Source of the DNA: Phoronis australis
Taxonomy: Eukaryota; Animalia; Phoronida
Length of the DNA stretch: 63,863 nt
Reading direction: 5' to 3'
Assembly: GCA_002633005.1 (NCBI GenBank)
Contig: NMRA01000741.1
Location: forward strand, 106,958 to 170,820
The position numbers were made by a program, and so were the translations under genes. Each line of letters opens with the position of its first letter. Position 1 is the first letter of the stretch. Positions 26,401 through 39,685 of the stretch are shown here, piece by piece. Below the pieces are notes generated by a model. The model saw nothing but the letters and a program-made list of their open reading frames with translations, had not been told where the DNA came from and did not search any database.

Positions 26401-28781
26401 CGCACCCTTGTATAATTCATTGTAAGTGTTTATCTGTTTCAAAAAAGTGCCTCCGGTGGATTTTTTACTTTTACTGGTATGTGTCCTTATAGTACCCAGA
26501 TTTCCATTTCACTGGACGGAACGCAGTTACAGAAGTTGCTGCTATGTGTCGGACTTCATAGAATTTTGATTAGTGCTGTAACTTTAGGCTCATGTTTATT
26601 CTTTGTTCTGATGTACAGGCAGAGGACACTATATCAGACTACGCAGCCACAATAGAGCGTTTGAAGAAGAGAGTGAATGAAGCCGAGACCAGGCTTTCTC
26701 GCGCCAATGTAAGATTACTTAACTGAAGACGGTTCATATTCAATAAAGCAAAACGTTTTGTTGTACAATTGTGTTTTACGATGAATTTCTCTGTTATTCA
26801 GGTTGGTTATTTTTAATATCTTGATTCTTGAGTCTATATATGTTTCAATAGCACAGTATGTAAACAGTTGTTTTTAAATATTTCATTCTGAAATGAATCA
26901 CTCTTTTCTTTCAGTTTACTAAGTGCTATGACTGGTTACCTTAGTAACCGGTAAATTCAGTAGAAAGGTTGCAGATTTAGTGCTTAACAGGGTTTGATGG
27001 ATATCTTGATAGAATATCCTCAGCCTGGAGCAAGATTCTAGTTAGAAAAATGAGATTAGGTAGCCCTTACAAGATATCACCATGCCGTACCAGTGACACT
27101 CTTGTGTTGCGCAACAGACCCCAGCACTCTTCGGATATCACACTAAATACCCTCAATACTTCACATTGTGCGTGCACTTTTTCACCCTGATCTTGCCACT
27201 GGGTTTCACGTGTTGCTCTATCATACTGGTTCAGTTCTTAGCTATATTTGATTAAATTCATCCATCCAATGACAGTAATGAGTTGTGTTGTGGGTTGTGC
27301 TGCAGACATTGGGATTTGGTAAATTTGGAGTGGTGCCAGTGGTGCCATTCCATACCTTCCCTTCACTCATTGTCTGCTGTTGACTGCAGTGGTGCTGGTA
27401 TCTACTGTCTATTTTCTTACCTCACAACCTTGAAGAGTGTGTTCCTGGATGCGGCTATTCCTATTTTATCCTTCAAATTTTTTAAAATTTTCTTGTCATG
27501 GTTATGGGCTGTGTTACTGTAATGCATCAATTGAAGACTATGCATGGATTTGTCATTATTTTGAGCTTGGTTTCCTGTCTCTAACATAAAAAATTCCTGT
27601 TTTTTGTTTCCACAGAAAGCTCCAAATTCTCTGACAAGAGAACAGGCACTGATGAGAGACAAGCGACAACTACAGAAGGAGTTGGAGAGAAGCCAACTGG
27701 GACACAGCAGGTATCCTTAATTGTGCGACAGACGCCCAAGACCAATTGTTAACTTCGTTCACGACTAGACAGGAAAATTTACCAATCGCCTGTCATACTG
27801 TAAAAAAAGTTTCACACAATGTAATTGGTTAATTTTTTAGTCGTGTCTCAAGTTTAGTTTGGTGGTATCTTGTGCTGTTGTTGGACTGCAATGTGATATT
27901 GGCTACATGCTGAGAAATGTTACCAACAATGCAGCAGACGTCCATTTTGAGAAACAGGTCTTGTTACTGGTGTTCAAAAAATTACATCCTTCTGAACATT
28001 GATTTAAGGTTATTAAGGACCTTACTGACAACTATGTGTATCGATTTAGCCAAACATGTACAAAACTAAAGATTTTGGACTTGTTAAAGTATGTATTTTC
28101 TGAAAGTAGAAAGGTTGTCGTGATTGATTTTAACTTTTTACCAGTCTGCCATTAATTGGGTCACATGACCATGTATTTTTATTGAAATTTAGCAAAAGGA
28201 ATGGTATATTGATGGCAAAACACTGGTAACCTTACTAAATTCCTTTTCATGTAAATGTTCAAGATGAAATACCAATAACAGTGTTACAGTTTTCTAAAGT
28301 ATCATTTTATTTTATGCAAATTTTTAGGTTTTTCATGAAAATATCAAAAGTACCATTTTTGATAGACCCTCATGCAAAACTTGAACATCTTAAAAACAAT
28401 TCCTAGCAGCGTTATGGAGAATAGAGCATAAAGCGTAATATCTGAAAGTTTACAAATCTGATCGGCCATTTTTGAGGTTTGATGTTCTGAAATTAGAAAA
28501 ATGTTGACATTTTTCTAAGGTCCTGTATAATCTTAAAGCCGACTAGGATAATTGGTTGAGTCCAGCACAACCTTTGTATCAAATCATACGTGCTTCCTGG
28601 GTCATTTCTAACTGTGGCAGAAAGTGTGGTTTTGAAGCTGCAAAGTGTTTTCACTCATTGTAGGCATGACAACGAATTGCTAACTAGTGATTTGGATGTG
28701 AAACGAATACTCAACAGTCACGTGAATGGAGACCAAAGTCGAAGGAACTCACAGAGTAGTGCGGCCAGCGAAAAGTCATGA
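12285..28781 (+). CDS. SCLT1: Sodium channel and clathrin linker 1 (centriole distal-appendage coiled-coil protein), ~704 aa
   Basis: Exons: 12285-12321, 13813-13930, 14422-14494, 14990-15045, 16058-16187 (or its duplicate 17225-17354), 17975-18097, 18521-18591, 19589-19679, 20751-20821, 21506-21592, 22047-22137, 22606-22776, 23324-23398, 23869-24017, 24861-25053, 25531-25667, 26085-26223, 26619-26708, 27616-27710, 28664-28781. Phases are all compatible (2115 nt). Motifs resemble vertebrate SCLT1: MASEEVLFLRDQVQRLN, LIAPLIAEYE, VENAMLEKDQA, EAGVKTKQEVEAVKRQCN, ERAIREKRAAESELEKLY, LETQQKMSAKW. The last exon is the least certain. Confidence 0.9.
15100..17425. repeat. ~1.16-kb near-identical tandem duplication across an N gap, duplicating SCLT1 exon 5 (probable haplotype/assembly artefact)
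   Basis: 15100-16261 matches 16273-~17425, separated by Ns at 16262-16272. The copies differ only by scattered SNPs and small indels. Confidence 0.85.
17413..17472. repeat. (GTT)n microsatellite
   Basis: About 20 perfect GTT units. Confidence 0.97.
24603..24682. repeat. ~40-bp perfect tandem duplication in an SCLT1 intron
   Basis: TTTTCTTTAAGTCATCATAGGGTAAGTGATATATAAGTAC occurs twice in tandem. Confidence 0.9.
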
Positions 28782-31430
28782 ATAACAAACAACGTCATGC
28801 TTTGTCATTTGTTCATTATTTTGTCATCATCATCTCACCTAGAATGTTTCGTCTCACTTGTAGAATAGAATATAATAGAATTTAGCAATATTACGGTAAA
28901 CATTCTTCAGTGTGGTACACTCTCTTCCAATTTGTACTTCACACCAGGATTAAATTTTTATTCCAATACATGAGAAACAGATGTCAGTCTATACTACAAA
29001 TTTTTAAAATTTGGATCAGTTTGGGAATTCCATATTCCCGTATTTAAGAATTTTTAGCGCTGGCAACTTTACATTTTATCTGCTTCCTCTCGTGTGATAT
29101 TATGGAAGTTTTGTACCAGGTGTGCCTATAAATGTGTGTTTAGCAGGAGTTGTATTTCATTCTTTTTCAATATCTGTGTGCACTCACAACTCACAAGGAT
29201 GTATCTTGTGCAGAGTGATCAAAAATGTATTTTCAACTCTGATAAAATATTTTTGCACTTTTCCCAAAAACTGTTTACGGGGACATCTGAGTTATGTAAG
29301 GTGCTGCTTAGTTTCACTTACATCAACACAGTCTCTATTAAGAGAATTGGTGTCATTTTTGGACCACTCTGTAGTTATCCTGTTTGTTCGTTATGAAATG
29401 CCAGCTGGAATTAGGTTATGTTTCTTCTTGGGTAAAGGTAATATTATTTATGTCTGTCAACTCCAATTTTATAACAATTTTAGTTGCTCCATTTTTCAAA
29501 GTATTAATGATTTAATCCTGTTAAAAAATCTGAATGTGGTCGCACCTCGGCTGTGGTCACACTGGGGAAATGCCTTCTAAATCAGTTTCTAGTTAGATTT
29601 CACTTGTGTAACTACTGATAAGTTTGATCTGTCATTTCTCATATTTTATCGTAATACAGTTGTCTTTGTAAATTATCAGTTGCTCTGTACGATAATGAGG
29701 GCACTATTCTCTGCATCATTAGGATAAAACATAATGGGTTGAAATACCTACTTCCTGTTGCTATGGAAATGCTTTGAGTCACTGTAAATGGTATCCTGGT
29801 GTCGAAAATCATCTTCCTTTGCAGGGATATTTGATCTTCTAATGCAACGTTATTTTTGTTTCAATTGAAATTGGTAACAACAAATCGCCTGCTCTTCACG
29901 TGACAGCCATGATACTACTTCACCCACTGAAACTAAAAAGCCTTGACTTGTAAATTAACAAGTCTGGCCTGAACCGTTAACAACCTGTCAGTTCTTTAAA
30001 AGCCTAGAAATCATTTCCCCAACAGTAATAATCTGAGTGTGGAACTTGAGATCATTTTATGACAAAGAGCTCTCAATCAAAATTTCTTTTTTGCTGAAGT
30101 CACTGGTTCTGTGCTTTTATGGTGTGAACTCTCGTTGGTATTCTTTTCCCTCTATGTTCATGATATCTGCGATATTGACGTTTTACTAGTATGCATGCCA
30201 GGGAATCATTGAGGTTGAAGTTATGTTGTACCCTAGAAAAATGCCAAGTTTGGCTAACTTTGGAATGTCATTTCTCAGAAATGAACACTGAGATTCATAC
30301 AAAACTTTCATTTGCTATGTTTTATGCACTGTACTCAAAAGCACTTTTAGGAATTGTTTTAAAATGTAACACTTTTGCACGAGCCCTAATGACGTGATAG
30401 GTTCATGCATAGAATGTGAATGAAATGATATCGGTTTTTGAGATTTTATCTTGAACATTTATATCAAATGAAATTTGGCCTAGTTATTGGTGCCATTGTT
30501 TTGCTATGAATGTACATTTCTTTTTGCTAAATTTTACTAAAAAGGCATGGTCACATGACCCAACTAATATCAAATTAATAAAAGTAAAACTCAAAGTCTG
30601 TAGCCTTACTGCTTTCAGAAACTATACAAGTTTACATATCGCTAACAAGTTATATCATTGTTGGCCAATTATACCTATGAAATGCTCTTGTGAAAATCTG
30701 TTTTGGTCGATTTCTTCATTTTTGGGAAATGAGATTTGTCAGAAAAAGACAAAATTTCCAGACAGACAACATTCCAGTAATTTTAAGGACCTCATGTTTG
30801 CTCCAACAAATGTTCTCGTTTGTTTTCCAATTCCGAAATTAATAAAACTGTCGAGTCTATTTTAAAGACAAATCCCGAACTTCAGACTGAAATAAATGGA
30901 CTCTTTAGCGGTGATGGATGCTGCTATTTAGACAATCAGTGAATTGTATTTCGTCTGTGGTGTTATTGTATGTAACTAAAACCCTAACTTATCCCATTTA
31001 AAGCAAAAGTAGAATTCCACGGCAAAACATGAACCAAAACAATGGTTTTCGAATATTGCGCTGGATGAGGCACGAATAATTTGTGTTAAATATTGTGAAG
31101 AGAGCATGAAACATGACTTCTTACATAACATTCAACTAATTCTTCTCATCGAGGGAGATATTAGTCTTGTTGGTAAACTAACTCATTGATGACCTGTGTG
31201 TTCTATAAATCATTCTTATGATCGTAAGTGGTCAGAGATATTTAATTTACCTCAGTGTTGCTGTGTGTTGCATTTTGAGCTTAACCTGGTGTTCCGCTAT
31301 AATATCTACACTTGGAGGTTGGTAAATGTAAAGTTATGTTGCACAAACTAGCAAAGGTAATAATTTATACGCTTTAACCCAATGGAGTGATTTTTCTTTA
31401 TGTTAATGGTTAGGTTTTGAGTAAATTTAA

Positions 31431-32251
31431 AGCTGCACTTTCCCCGTTTAGCCACCTAAACAAACGAAAATCGAACGAGGCCTATTATTCTTTGAATCGG
31501 TCATCATGTCGATAGGACATGTTTCTCGTCACTATGAAGAACATGGTAATCCTCAACTGAGGACAAGAAACGCGTTGCCAATTGTTAATTGTATTGGGGT
31601 TGGGAAATGGCGCCCAGGGAGTTCCATAAAAAGACGTGAGTCACGTGACACAACAATGACCAATTATCATGAGTGCATTGAAAATAAGCAATTGGTTTTT
31701 GACTCTTCTTCGATATGAACTCTTAGTAAAGTAACCACTGAACAGGATGTGTAGGCTTGCTGTATAATTTAGGTGTCTGCCAAGTACTGACAGAAAAGTG
31801 GCTAGCCAGGCAGAAAGTCTTCCAGATACTATCAAATTCAGAAGCTAGTTGTCACACGTGGTACATCCTGTGTTTTGAAATTTCAAAGTTTTATTGGGAA
31901 AATTTTCAGTGTTCTACGTCATTCATTGTTTTCAAAACTTCTCTCAATTGAAACATATCCTGTTCCGTTGCACTCGTCAGTCCTATGTCATAAAAAGCGG
32001 CGTTGTCCGAAATTATTGCAATCTGTCGTTTCAATGTAATGCACAATACCCTCAACGGCTTTAAACCCGCCGGCGTACGTAGTGCAGCGGTGTCCAGTCA
32101 AAAAACAAGTCTGAAATGTTATGAGCTATAAGTTCTTTCTAAGCCCATAAAATCGCACCTTTGGCTGAGTAACAATTTGAGACCAATTTCAAAACGGCAA
32201 GTGGCTCATAAATCAAAACTTGTTTTTGACAGAAAACGGTTTAATGCCGCT
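31431..32251. mobile_element. Old Kolobok-like non-autonomous DNA transposon
   Basis: Ends read TTAA|AGCTGCACTTTCCCCGTTT and AAACGGTTTAATGCCGCT|TTAG: imperfect terminal inverted repeats with TTAA-like flanks. No ORF inside. Confidence 0.45.
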
Positions 32252-34056
32252 TTAGATGTCGTTAAGGAGCGCCCCGACTGAGATGACGCCTTGCAAATTA
32301 GTTCCATTCAACTGTGACTGTCCTAGTAAATGATCCACGCTCGCCAGGTTTCCGCAGGTAAATTAGGAGTGGAATTTCGGGTCCAAAGATGTTTCCTACA
32401 AGATGTAGTTTGCAGAGGGCTTAGTTGAGAATGCCACCACCATCACTTTGGTTGTTGCCAAAGCCTGAAAGAGTTATGGGTATGCGAACAGGCTTCGTCT
32501 CAAATCGATTAGGATGAATAGGTCACATTCTAAGTTGTCTCGGGGCATCTAGCTCGACCGCGCTGACGGTAACGTCAAATCCGTGTTCCACGAGATTTCC
32601 CCGTGTCCGTAAACACTTTACGGCCAGGTTACAGTTTCCTTTTTATTTCTTCAGCGGCCATGTCTAAACACCAGCCACGCCACCTAACAGTGTGGTTTTG
32701 TCTTCTGAATTATGCACTAAGTCCCTTTGCAATAATACAAAATGCAGTAAATTATATCTTAAATCCATTTTGAATCTAGCGACAATTCTAAGCCACGTTT
32801 AAACTACAGTCATTTATTAGTACTAACAGGTACGCTACATTAAATACATAAATATCTTTAATACGTCTGGTTACTGCTCTGCATTCAATTTCGCATACAC
32901 AGTTTTGTTGATTTGATAAAAGAAATCTTAGGGAGGTGTTATTGTGTACAGTGGATTTACAATAGGGGATAAGGGTCACATTGTAACCCCGGGAACGAAG
33001 GCAGGTCTACGACTGGTATTGTTGCTATCCACTCTAACCGCGTACTGAACCCGACCGTGACGACGACGTTACCCGAGGCTCCAAGACCTGCTCTCCAGGG
33101 AACACAGATTGACTAAAATTTTAGAAGGTAATGTAATTACATTATGCAGAGTATGCTTTGAGAGAACTGTCAAAAATACAACCAAAATAGGCGCAAGGAA
33201 TAAATAACATCAGTACTGTTATTTCTACCCGGTCGTTGACGTCGCTTACGATCAGTGTGGAAGGACCGCGGCAACCGGGTTGCCGTCACGACATGTATCG
33301 AGATTCCCTTCAGAAAAGTTGGCGTAATGTTTGTCAGCAGTCCTCTATCGGCGTCCCACAGATAAACTGGAGGATCTAAATGCGCAGGTCATTTGATTGT
33401 ACAGCAATATGGTCGCATTATGCCTTGCATACACCTTCAATATTTGTGTACGCAACGTAAACACGACCTAGTGTGGGCTAAAAGCATTACAGGTGCACTG
33501 AATGATTCACGTGCAAAAAATATTTACGAGTAATATTGACTATTGAATTTTCTGGTGAATCCCTGTACTTGTTGAAAATGCTGCTTTTCTGTCATGTGAT
33601 CAGGTGTGCCTGTGTGCATTTCTTCACCTCCTGTATCATGCATAAACTGCACGACTCAAAAACAACAAAACCGCCTCATAAGAATATATTGACAAAATGA
33701 TTAGTCCCGGATTAAGCATAACATATTCACTTATCGGAATTAATTTGGGGAGATGCTAGGAGATGAAGACGCCTCCGACGATCCTTATACCTTGATTGCT
33801 CTCGGTGCTTTGATCGATCAAGGCTGTCTTGAGCACGATCGTAATATGTTGACTATCTGCGCTGAACAGTGTCTGAGTACACAAACTTGTGAAAAAGTGT
33901 TTGATATAACCCAGATACAAACTGAATTTGTTTGCCAATCCCGATGAGATCGGGGTTCAGAGATGCGCTGTTGTTTTTAGTGATTGTTCGCAACTGTTCC
34001 GACACAGACATATTTGTAATATTTTGCAGATTTCTGAACTGCGTGGAAGATATAAA

Positions 34057-37000
34057 ATGGGAGACGTGAGTATACATTATACAATTCAGTATTTTTGGCT
34101 TGCTAAACGACAGTCATTCACTTATCGATTGTACACGCTGAAGAACTTTAATTCTCAACAGAGCTCCGAAAGTGATCATTTCGTATTTACACAAATTAAG
34201 ATAGCTTCCATCGTTTTAAATGGCTGTGCAATGTGTATAGTTTAATTCGTGGACGATCCGGGAGTTTTAACCCTTCATTTGAGAGAATCATTGATTATCC
34301 CAACGAGTTGACATGTATGCATTTGGAAGGATTTGTATAAATTATCGTGATTTGAAGACAAAACGGCATTGTTTAAGCAAATAGTGTCAAGACTAATACG
34401 GCATTCACATACTATCCAATATCAGAAGGCACATCAGACATCTGAACTGCCGTTTGAGAAAAAAAAAACATGTGAATGTTCGTCAGACGCTGAATCTCTG
34501 GCTTTCCCATCGTCCGACCCGAGGTCACTGGCAGTGAGAAAGTAGTTTTCACTTACGCTTCGTTCACGTTAACAATGGGGATCGCCGTGATATTGGGCAA
34601 TAGTGTACCTGTGTACCTGTAATATGGCAGGTAAGACGACTTTGGAAACGATCGTTTTCAGTGTCTGATCTCAGTGCCTTGCCGTCCTACCTTCCTACAA
34701 ACATTCCACTTCTCAACGCCGTGTAGACCTGACTAACATATGCGGCCACGAAAACTTCAAATCATTCAAGAGCCTAGTTTCGATCGGTGCCATGTATCAT
34801 AGGACACAGTTTTGCCACTGCTCAGTAAATGTATGTTTTCTGCAGGTAGTCACGTGATTTTTAAATAACACCGTGTTAATTATGAANGTGAGAAAGTAGT
34901 TTTCACTTACGCTTCGTTCACGTTAATAATGGGGATCGCCGTGATATTGGGCAATAGTGTACCTGTGTACCTGTAATACGGCAGGTAAGACGACTTTGGA
35001 AACGTTCGTTTTCAGTGTCTGATCTCAGTGCCTTGCCGTCCTACCTTCCTACAAACATTCCACTTCTCAACGCCGTGTAGACCTGACTAACATATGCGGC
35101 CACGAAAACTTCAAATCATTCAAGAGCCTAGTTTCGATCGGTGCCATGTATCATAGGACACAGTTTTGCCACTGCTCAGTAAATGTATGTTTTCTGCAGG
35201 TAGTCACGTGATTTTTAAATAACACCGTGTTAATTATGAATGTGCGTATTATCGAGACGGTGAACTAATCGTCATTTTTATACATCTTCCTTGCCGAATA
35301 GTCTTGTTTCATATGTGGGAACGGTGGCAGACGATAAGTTCAACTGATGCACTGTGTTAGGAGCCCAGGGGTCACTGATAAATATATTTGTCTTTACAGA
35401 AGGAAGACAGCGAATGTTACATGCTGATCACCTTTGAAGGCTCCAACCACCTGTCATTTAAAAATTCCATTGTCAGACACAAGTCTATTCTACAGAATTA
35501 CGGAGGTCAACTGGCGTCATTAACCAAAGAGGTCGGTATTGTGTCGTATAGTAGAATTCCAAACATTCATTTTTACGGTAGCTCACGGACCGCAAGGACG
35601 TTCTCAGTGATATCCTTATTTTTCCACAGTTGCATTTTTTTCACGAGTTACATTTTTTCTCATGCTCTGTAATTCTTATCTTACGAATATGCTGCCAGTG
35701 GTAGTGTGCAGGCAGATTTGATGCGTGATAGCCCTACCAAACGCCACATAGTGTCATGCCTCCTGTTGGAGTTGAAAACAAATGCGGCCCTCGGAAAAAG
35801 AAAATCGAGTTGGGAAAACGGAATTGTGGTTTCTGATAAAAGAGCAGTAGATCCCGAGAAAAGAACGAAAGGAAGGTATGCTGTCAATTTAGAACAGGCA
35901 CGAAACTTAAAAGAGTGAGTTGTCTACCCTGCATGGCTGCACATGTCATTATATAAGCAAACACGTGTAACATTTTCGGCTATTAATTGATAAGTAACGT
36001 GATAAAGCATATTTATAATAATTTACTTAATCGGTCTATTACCCCCATTGTTTGAAATTGATTCAAATTATAAAACCTTCAGACTTCTATTTTTTGCTGC
36101 ACGTTACTTTCCATTCCAGGTAAGAGAAGAGTGCCCGGGAAGGTGGCCTTCCAAAAGGCTTGCCGCCATTTTACATTTTCCTTCCGTCAAAATGGCGAAA
36201 GCATGGTATGAGAGCGACAGCGAAGTCAAACAGCCTGACTGGCTTGGAGGTGTAGAGATTACATTGCTGCCGCTGTTAGAGTGTGCCCCTTTAAGTGAGT
36301 TTACAGCGAAGTCTTTATGTTATTGTCCAATTTGAACCTGGGTTGCGCGTTCCATTTCTTACCGTAGGCCCTATTGCCGCGCCATTAGGTTGATGGGCGT
36401 CTGTGCGGAACTGCACTTATATGCTAAACTTAGGGGCATGCTCTAATGTTCGAACCACTGGGGCGGCGAGGCATGATCATTTCGATGTAGGTCCATGGGC
36501 CTAAAGGCGCGGCAATACGGTAATACAAAACTATTTACCAAATTTCTTGAAAATACGCCAAGCAAGTCCAAAGTTACAGAGCCAAATGTAAAAAAGTGCT
36601 GTCAGGAGGCACAGCGGTAGTCAAAACGGGTGCGCCTACATGCGAATTTTGCAGGGTACATTGTCTGGCTTATATACGAAACTTAAGTGCATGCGCCAGT
36701 ATGCGAAGCACTTGGGTAAAAAAGGCCGCGAAAAAAGGCATTATTTCGGATATAGGTCCATTGACCTAAAGGCGCACCAATACGTTCGAGAAAAGTGAGA
36801 TCGGGCAAGTCTTTGTGAGATATTGCCATGCGTTACAAGAGAAGCACGTTGTCGAGCTATATCTCCGAGTATCTTACTTGATGGAAGGGCTCCAGCTTGC
36901 ATGTATTTAAGTGAAACTTCCGGACTTTCAGTCCTTATCGATGTGTACTAGCAAAGTGTTCGCCACTGATGTTATTGGTTGTCGGACCTGTAATGTTGGG

Positions 37001-38940
37001 GTTGTGGTAGAAAACTAGCTAATACACACTTTCCGTTTGCTCAAGTTAAGATTTTTCGCTGTAGTCAAGTATATTGTGCTCGTGTCTTGCTTTAGTGACT
37101 TTTTCGGAGTGGTGTTAAATGCTTGATATTTCTTACAGTACCCTTGATCACCTCTTATTTTGTCACCGTGGTTTCACTCATCGCCCGTCGTCATTTACCA
37201 GTAATTCAGGTCTCCCCAGCGAAAAGATGTGACATTTATGCATACCATTAACATTTCACAGTGTAGGTCTAGTTCCACTTTTTCCTACAAAATGGCGGTC
37301 GTTGAATCGTCACGCCCAACGATCTCTCAGTATTGAAAATGCAAACACCTGTGGGCCAAAGTGACACTGCTACCTCTGTTCAGTAACTCTCAGAGTTGCA
37401 TGCTTACACGAATGATTGTTTGCCAGAGCACCAGGTTTGTTTGCCTAAGTTCAAAACGCGTTACTTGGAATTAGGTTTGTTCATGAAATGGTTAGATCAT
37501 GGAATTCAGGGGCGGATCCAGGATTTTGAGTTAGGGGGGCCAGGGCACGGGAATAACCAGAATTTCGACAGATGCGGGCGCCTAGCCTAATATGTGGGGA
37601 CGTAGAGGCCTCGAATGTTTGGGGTTGCGGAGCTGTTGACTAAAAAAAAGGAAAAAAACGGTAAACGAGGTTTGTTCAGGGCCTATGCGTTGTTTATTCA
37701 CCCACAACGAGCCCCTGCTCCCAAATGGTATCTAGTAGAATTTTAGGGGGGGGCATGGCCACTTTNCGCCACTGGAATTGTTCAATCAATTCTTTTCTAA
37801 TGAAGGTAACTTTTATATTCTGCCATGTTGTTGCCTATTTTAACCATTCTGTGACGTTTCTTTTTCCAGATAAAAAGTTCTTTCACGTTAGCAGTTTTGA
37901 CGGTGGCAGAAATTCATCTTGGCTTCGGACAGAATTTGTTCCTGCTATGTCAGCGTGTGTCAGTGAAAAAGGCGGGAAACACATCGCCTGCTCAGAACCA
38001 GACGACATACGCGGCGTGTTCGGCTCAGGAACAACTTGGATGATAAATCAGTTTAAAAATCGGCAAGATTTCGTCGCCTTAAGTCAGTCAGGTATGAATA
38101 AACACAGCTTTATAATTAAAATATTTTACTAATAACCAAGTTAAACTTGATGTAACGCGCCTTCAAACATAGCTGGGGTTGGAACTCCATTGGGACGGAA
38201 CTGGGAAATCCTCCCGGGGCGGTCACTCATATGGACAAGGTGCCCCCAGGCGTGTACCAAAAGTTGCTGAGAGACCCCGATTTTGGGTGCCCGGTCTGCT
38301 AATTCCCTCTGCCTTTTGCGGGTTAGATTTTTCTGTAAGACCAGACGAAATGGCAAATTTAAGGGCCTATTGGATCCCGCGCAGATCACTCAAAACTTGG
38401 TGAAAAAGTACCGCCTATCCGCAATTTTTGGTACACGCCTGCGGGCATCTTGTCAATAGGAGCGACACCACCCGCGGGAAATCCTGCGACAACGCTGTAT
38501 CATTGGGTGGGTCCTGTAGACTTAATTTCTTGCAAGAATAGTAAGAACTCATAAGACTTCGCGAGATTGCAAGCGAATCATGTGACCTCTCTAGCTTTCT
38601 TTGCGACATTCTTGCGTGTACGAAACTATACCCTCATCCCGTCCAACATCCTCCCAAGTATACAAGACTCGTGAAGACGGGACGGGGTTGATCTTGAAAT
38701 TCAATTTTTTTATTATAGTAAGTGTAGGATGTATGTCTTCTTGAGAAATTCTGTTTAAAATGGTTCAATTCAGTTAGCAAGATCCACGAAATTTAACTGA
38801 AATCAAAGATTTGTTTTTCTTGTTGAAATATTGTTAAATAGCTTATTCTGTTTTTTCCAGAAAAATATGCGAAGGTAAAAGCACAACAAGAAAACAAAGT
38901 TCCGACGATTTTTGAAATCACGTTTGAAAATGTTTTATGA
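34057..38940 (+). CDS. 205-aa protein with two tandem DUF1330-like (dimeric alpha-beta barrel) domains
   Basis: Exons 34057-34065 (MGD), 35400-35531, 36120-36294, 37870-38091, 38861-38940. Introns are GT-AG and phase-compatible; AATAAA at 39065-39070. Domain 1: YMLITF...ILQNYGGQL...GRWPSKRLAAILHFPSVKMAKAWYES. Domain 2: EFVPAMSACVSEKGGKHI...IRGVF...MINQFKNRQDFVALSQSEKY. Both fit the remembered DUF1330 pattern (yGG..EG.w....iieFps...A.awy.SpeY). The first micro-exon is less certain. Confidence 0.8.
34534..35240. repeat. 353-bp near-identical tandem duplication at a single N (probable assembly artefact)
   Basis: 34534-34886 matches 34888-35240, with the N at 34887. Confidence 0.88.
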
Positions 38941-39685
38941 ATGGTGAACGTCTGCGCTCAACCAGTGTTCATTTCAACCTGGTGCGAATTCCACATAAAA
39001 GCGAACTATATGGATGGTGTTAGTTTCACGTACTTCTATATTATGTTTTGTATTATTGGTGTAAAATAAAAACATTGGATTAATTATAGAGCAATTTAAT
39101 GTTCCTCTTTTACTAACCGTCGAATGTCGTCCCTAAGTGCTTTTTAATTTTCCATCGCACGTTTTGAACATTTTTGGAAAAACACATTTCAAAACTAAAA
39201 TAATGGATTTGTTAATATGTTCTTCATTACAAACCATGACCTTTGTATCGTCGCACCAAGAACGGACTAAATGTTCACTCGGTTCTGAAGTTGAAGAAGT
39301 GACGCCGTAAACAGAAATAAGATCTGTCTGCACGCTCCGATTATAATACATTATACATTTTGTATACGACTCAATTCAAGGGGGAATCAACAATTGGTCG
39401 GGCTTCAAAACCCGTACTTCAAAACCCGTACTTCAAAACCAGTCGGCTGGACTGCAAAACCGGTGATCAAACTTGTTGTGCGGACTTCAAAGCGCGTTGG
39501 CCTCACCAAAAAACTAATTGGACCCAAAACACGATGGCCAGTGCTACAACCACTTGGCCAGTGATCAAACACGACGTCCAGACTTCCTCAGAGACTAGCT
39601 TTGAATGTCTAGAAGGATTCAAGTGACACCTTGTGTTTACCTTTTCGTACCCGTTTTTTGTTTTTTCAAAATGGGCGATTTTTTC

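Noticed and set aside
28782-30900. ORFs 29094-29396, 29122-29580 and 30506-30865
   Set aside because: AT-rich with no recognisable motifs; probably SCLT1 3'UTR (AATAAA at 30841 and 30891).
38141-38690. GC-rich intronic block with several short ORFs
   Set aside because: Probably a transposon fragment (a CGAGATT motif recurs near 54635 and 63025), but I could not define termini or a TSD.
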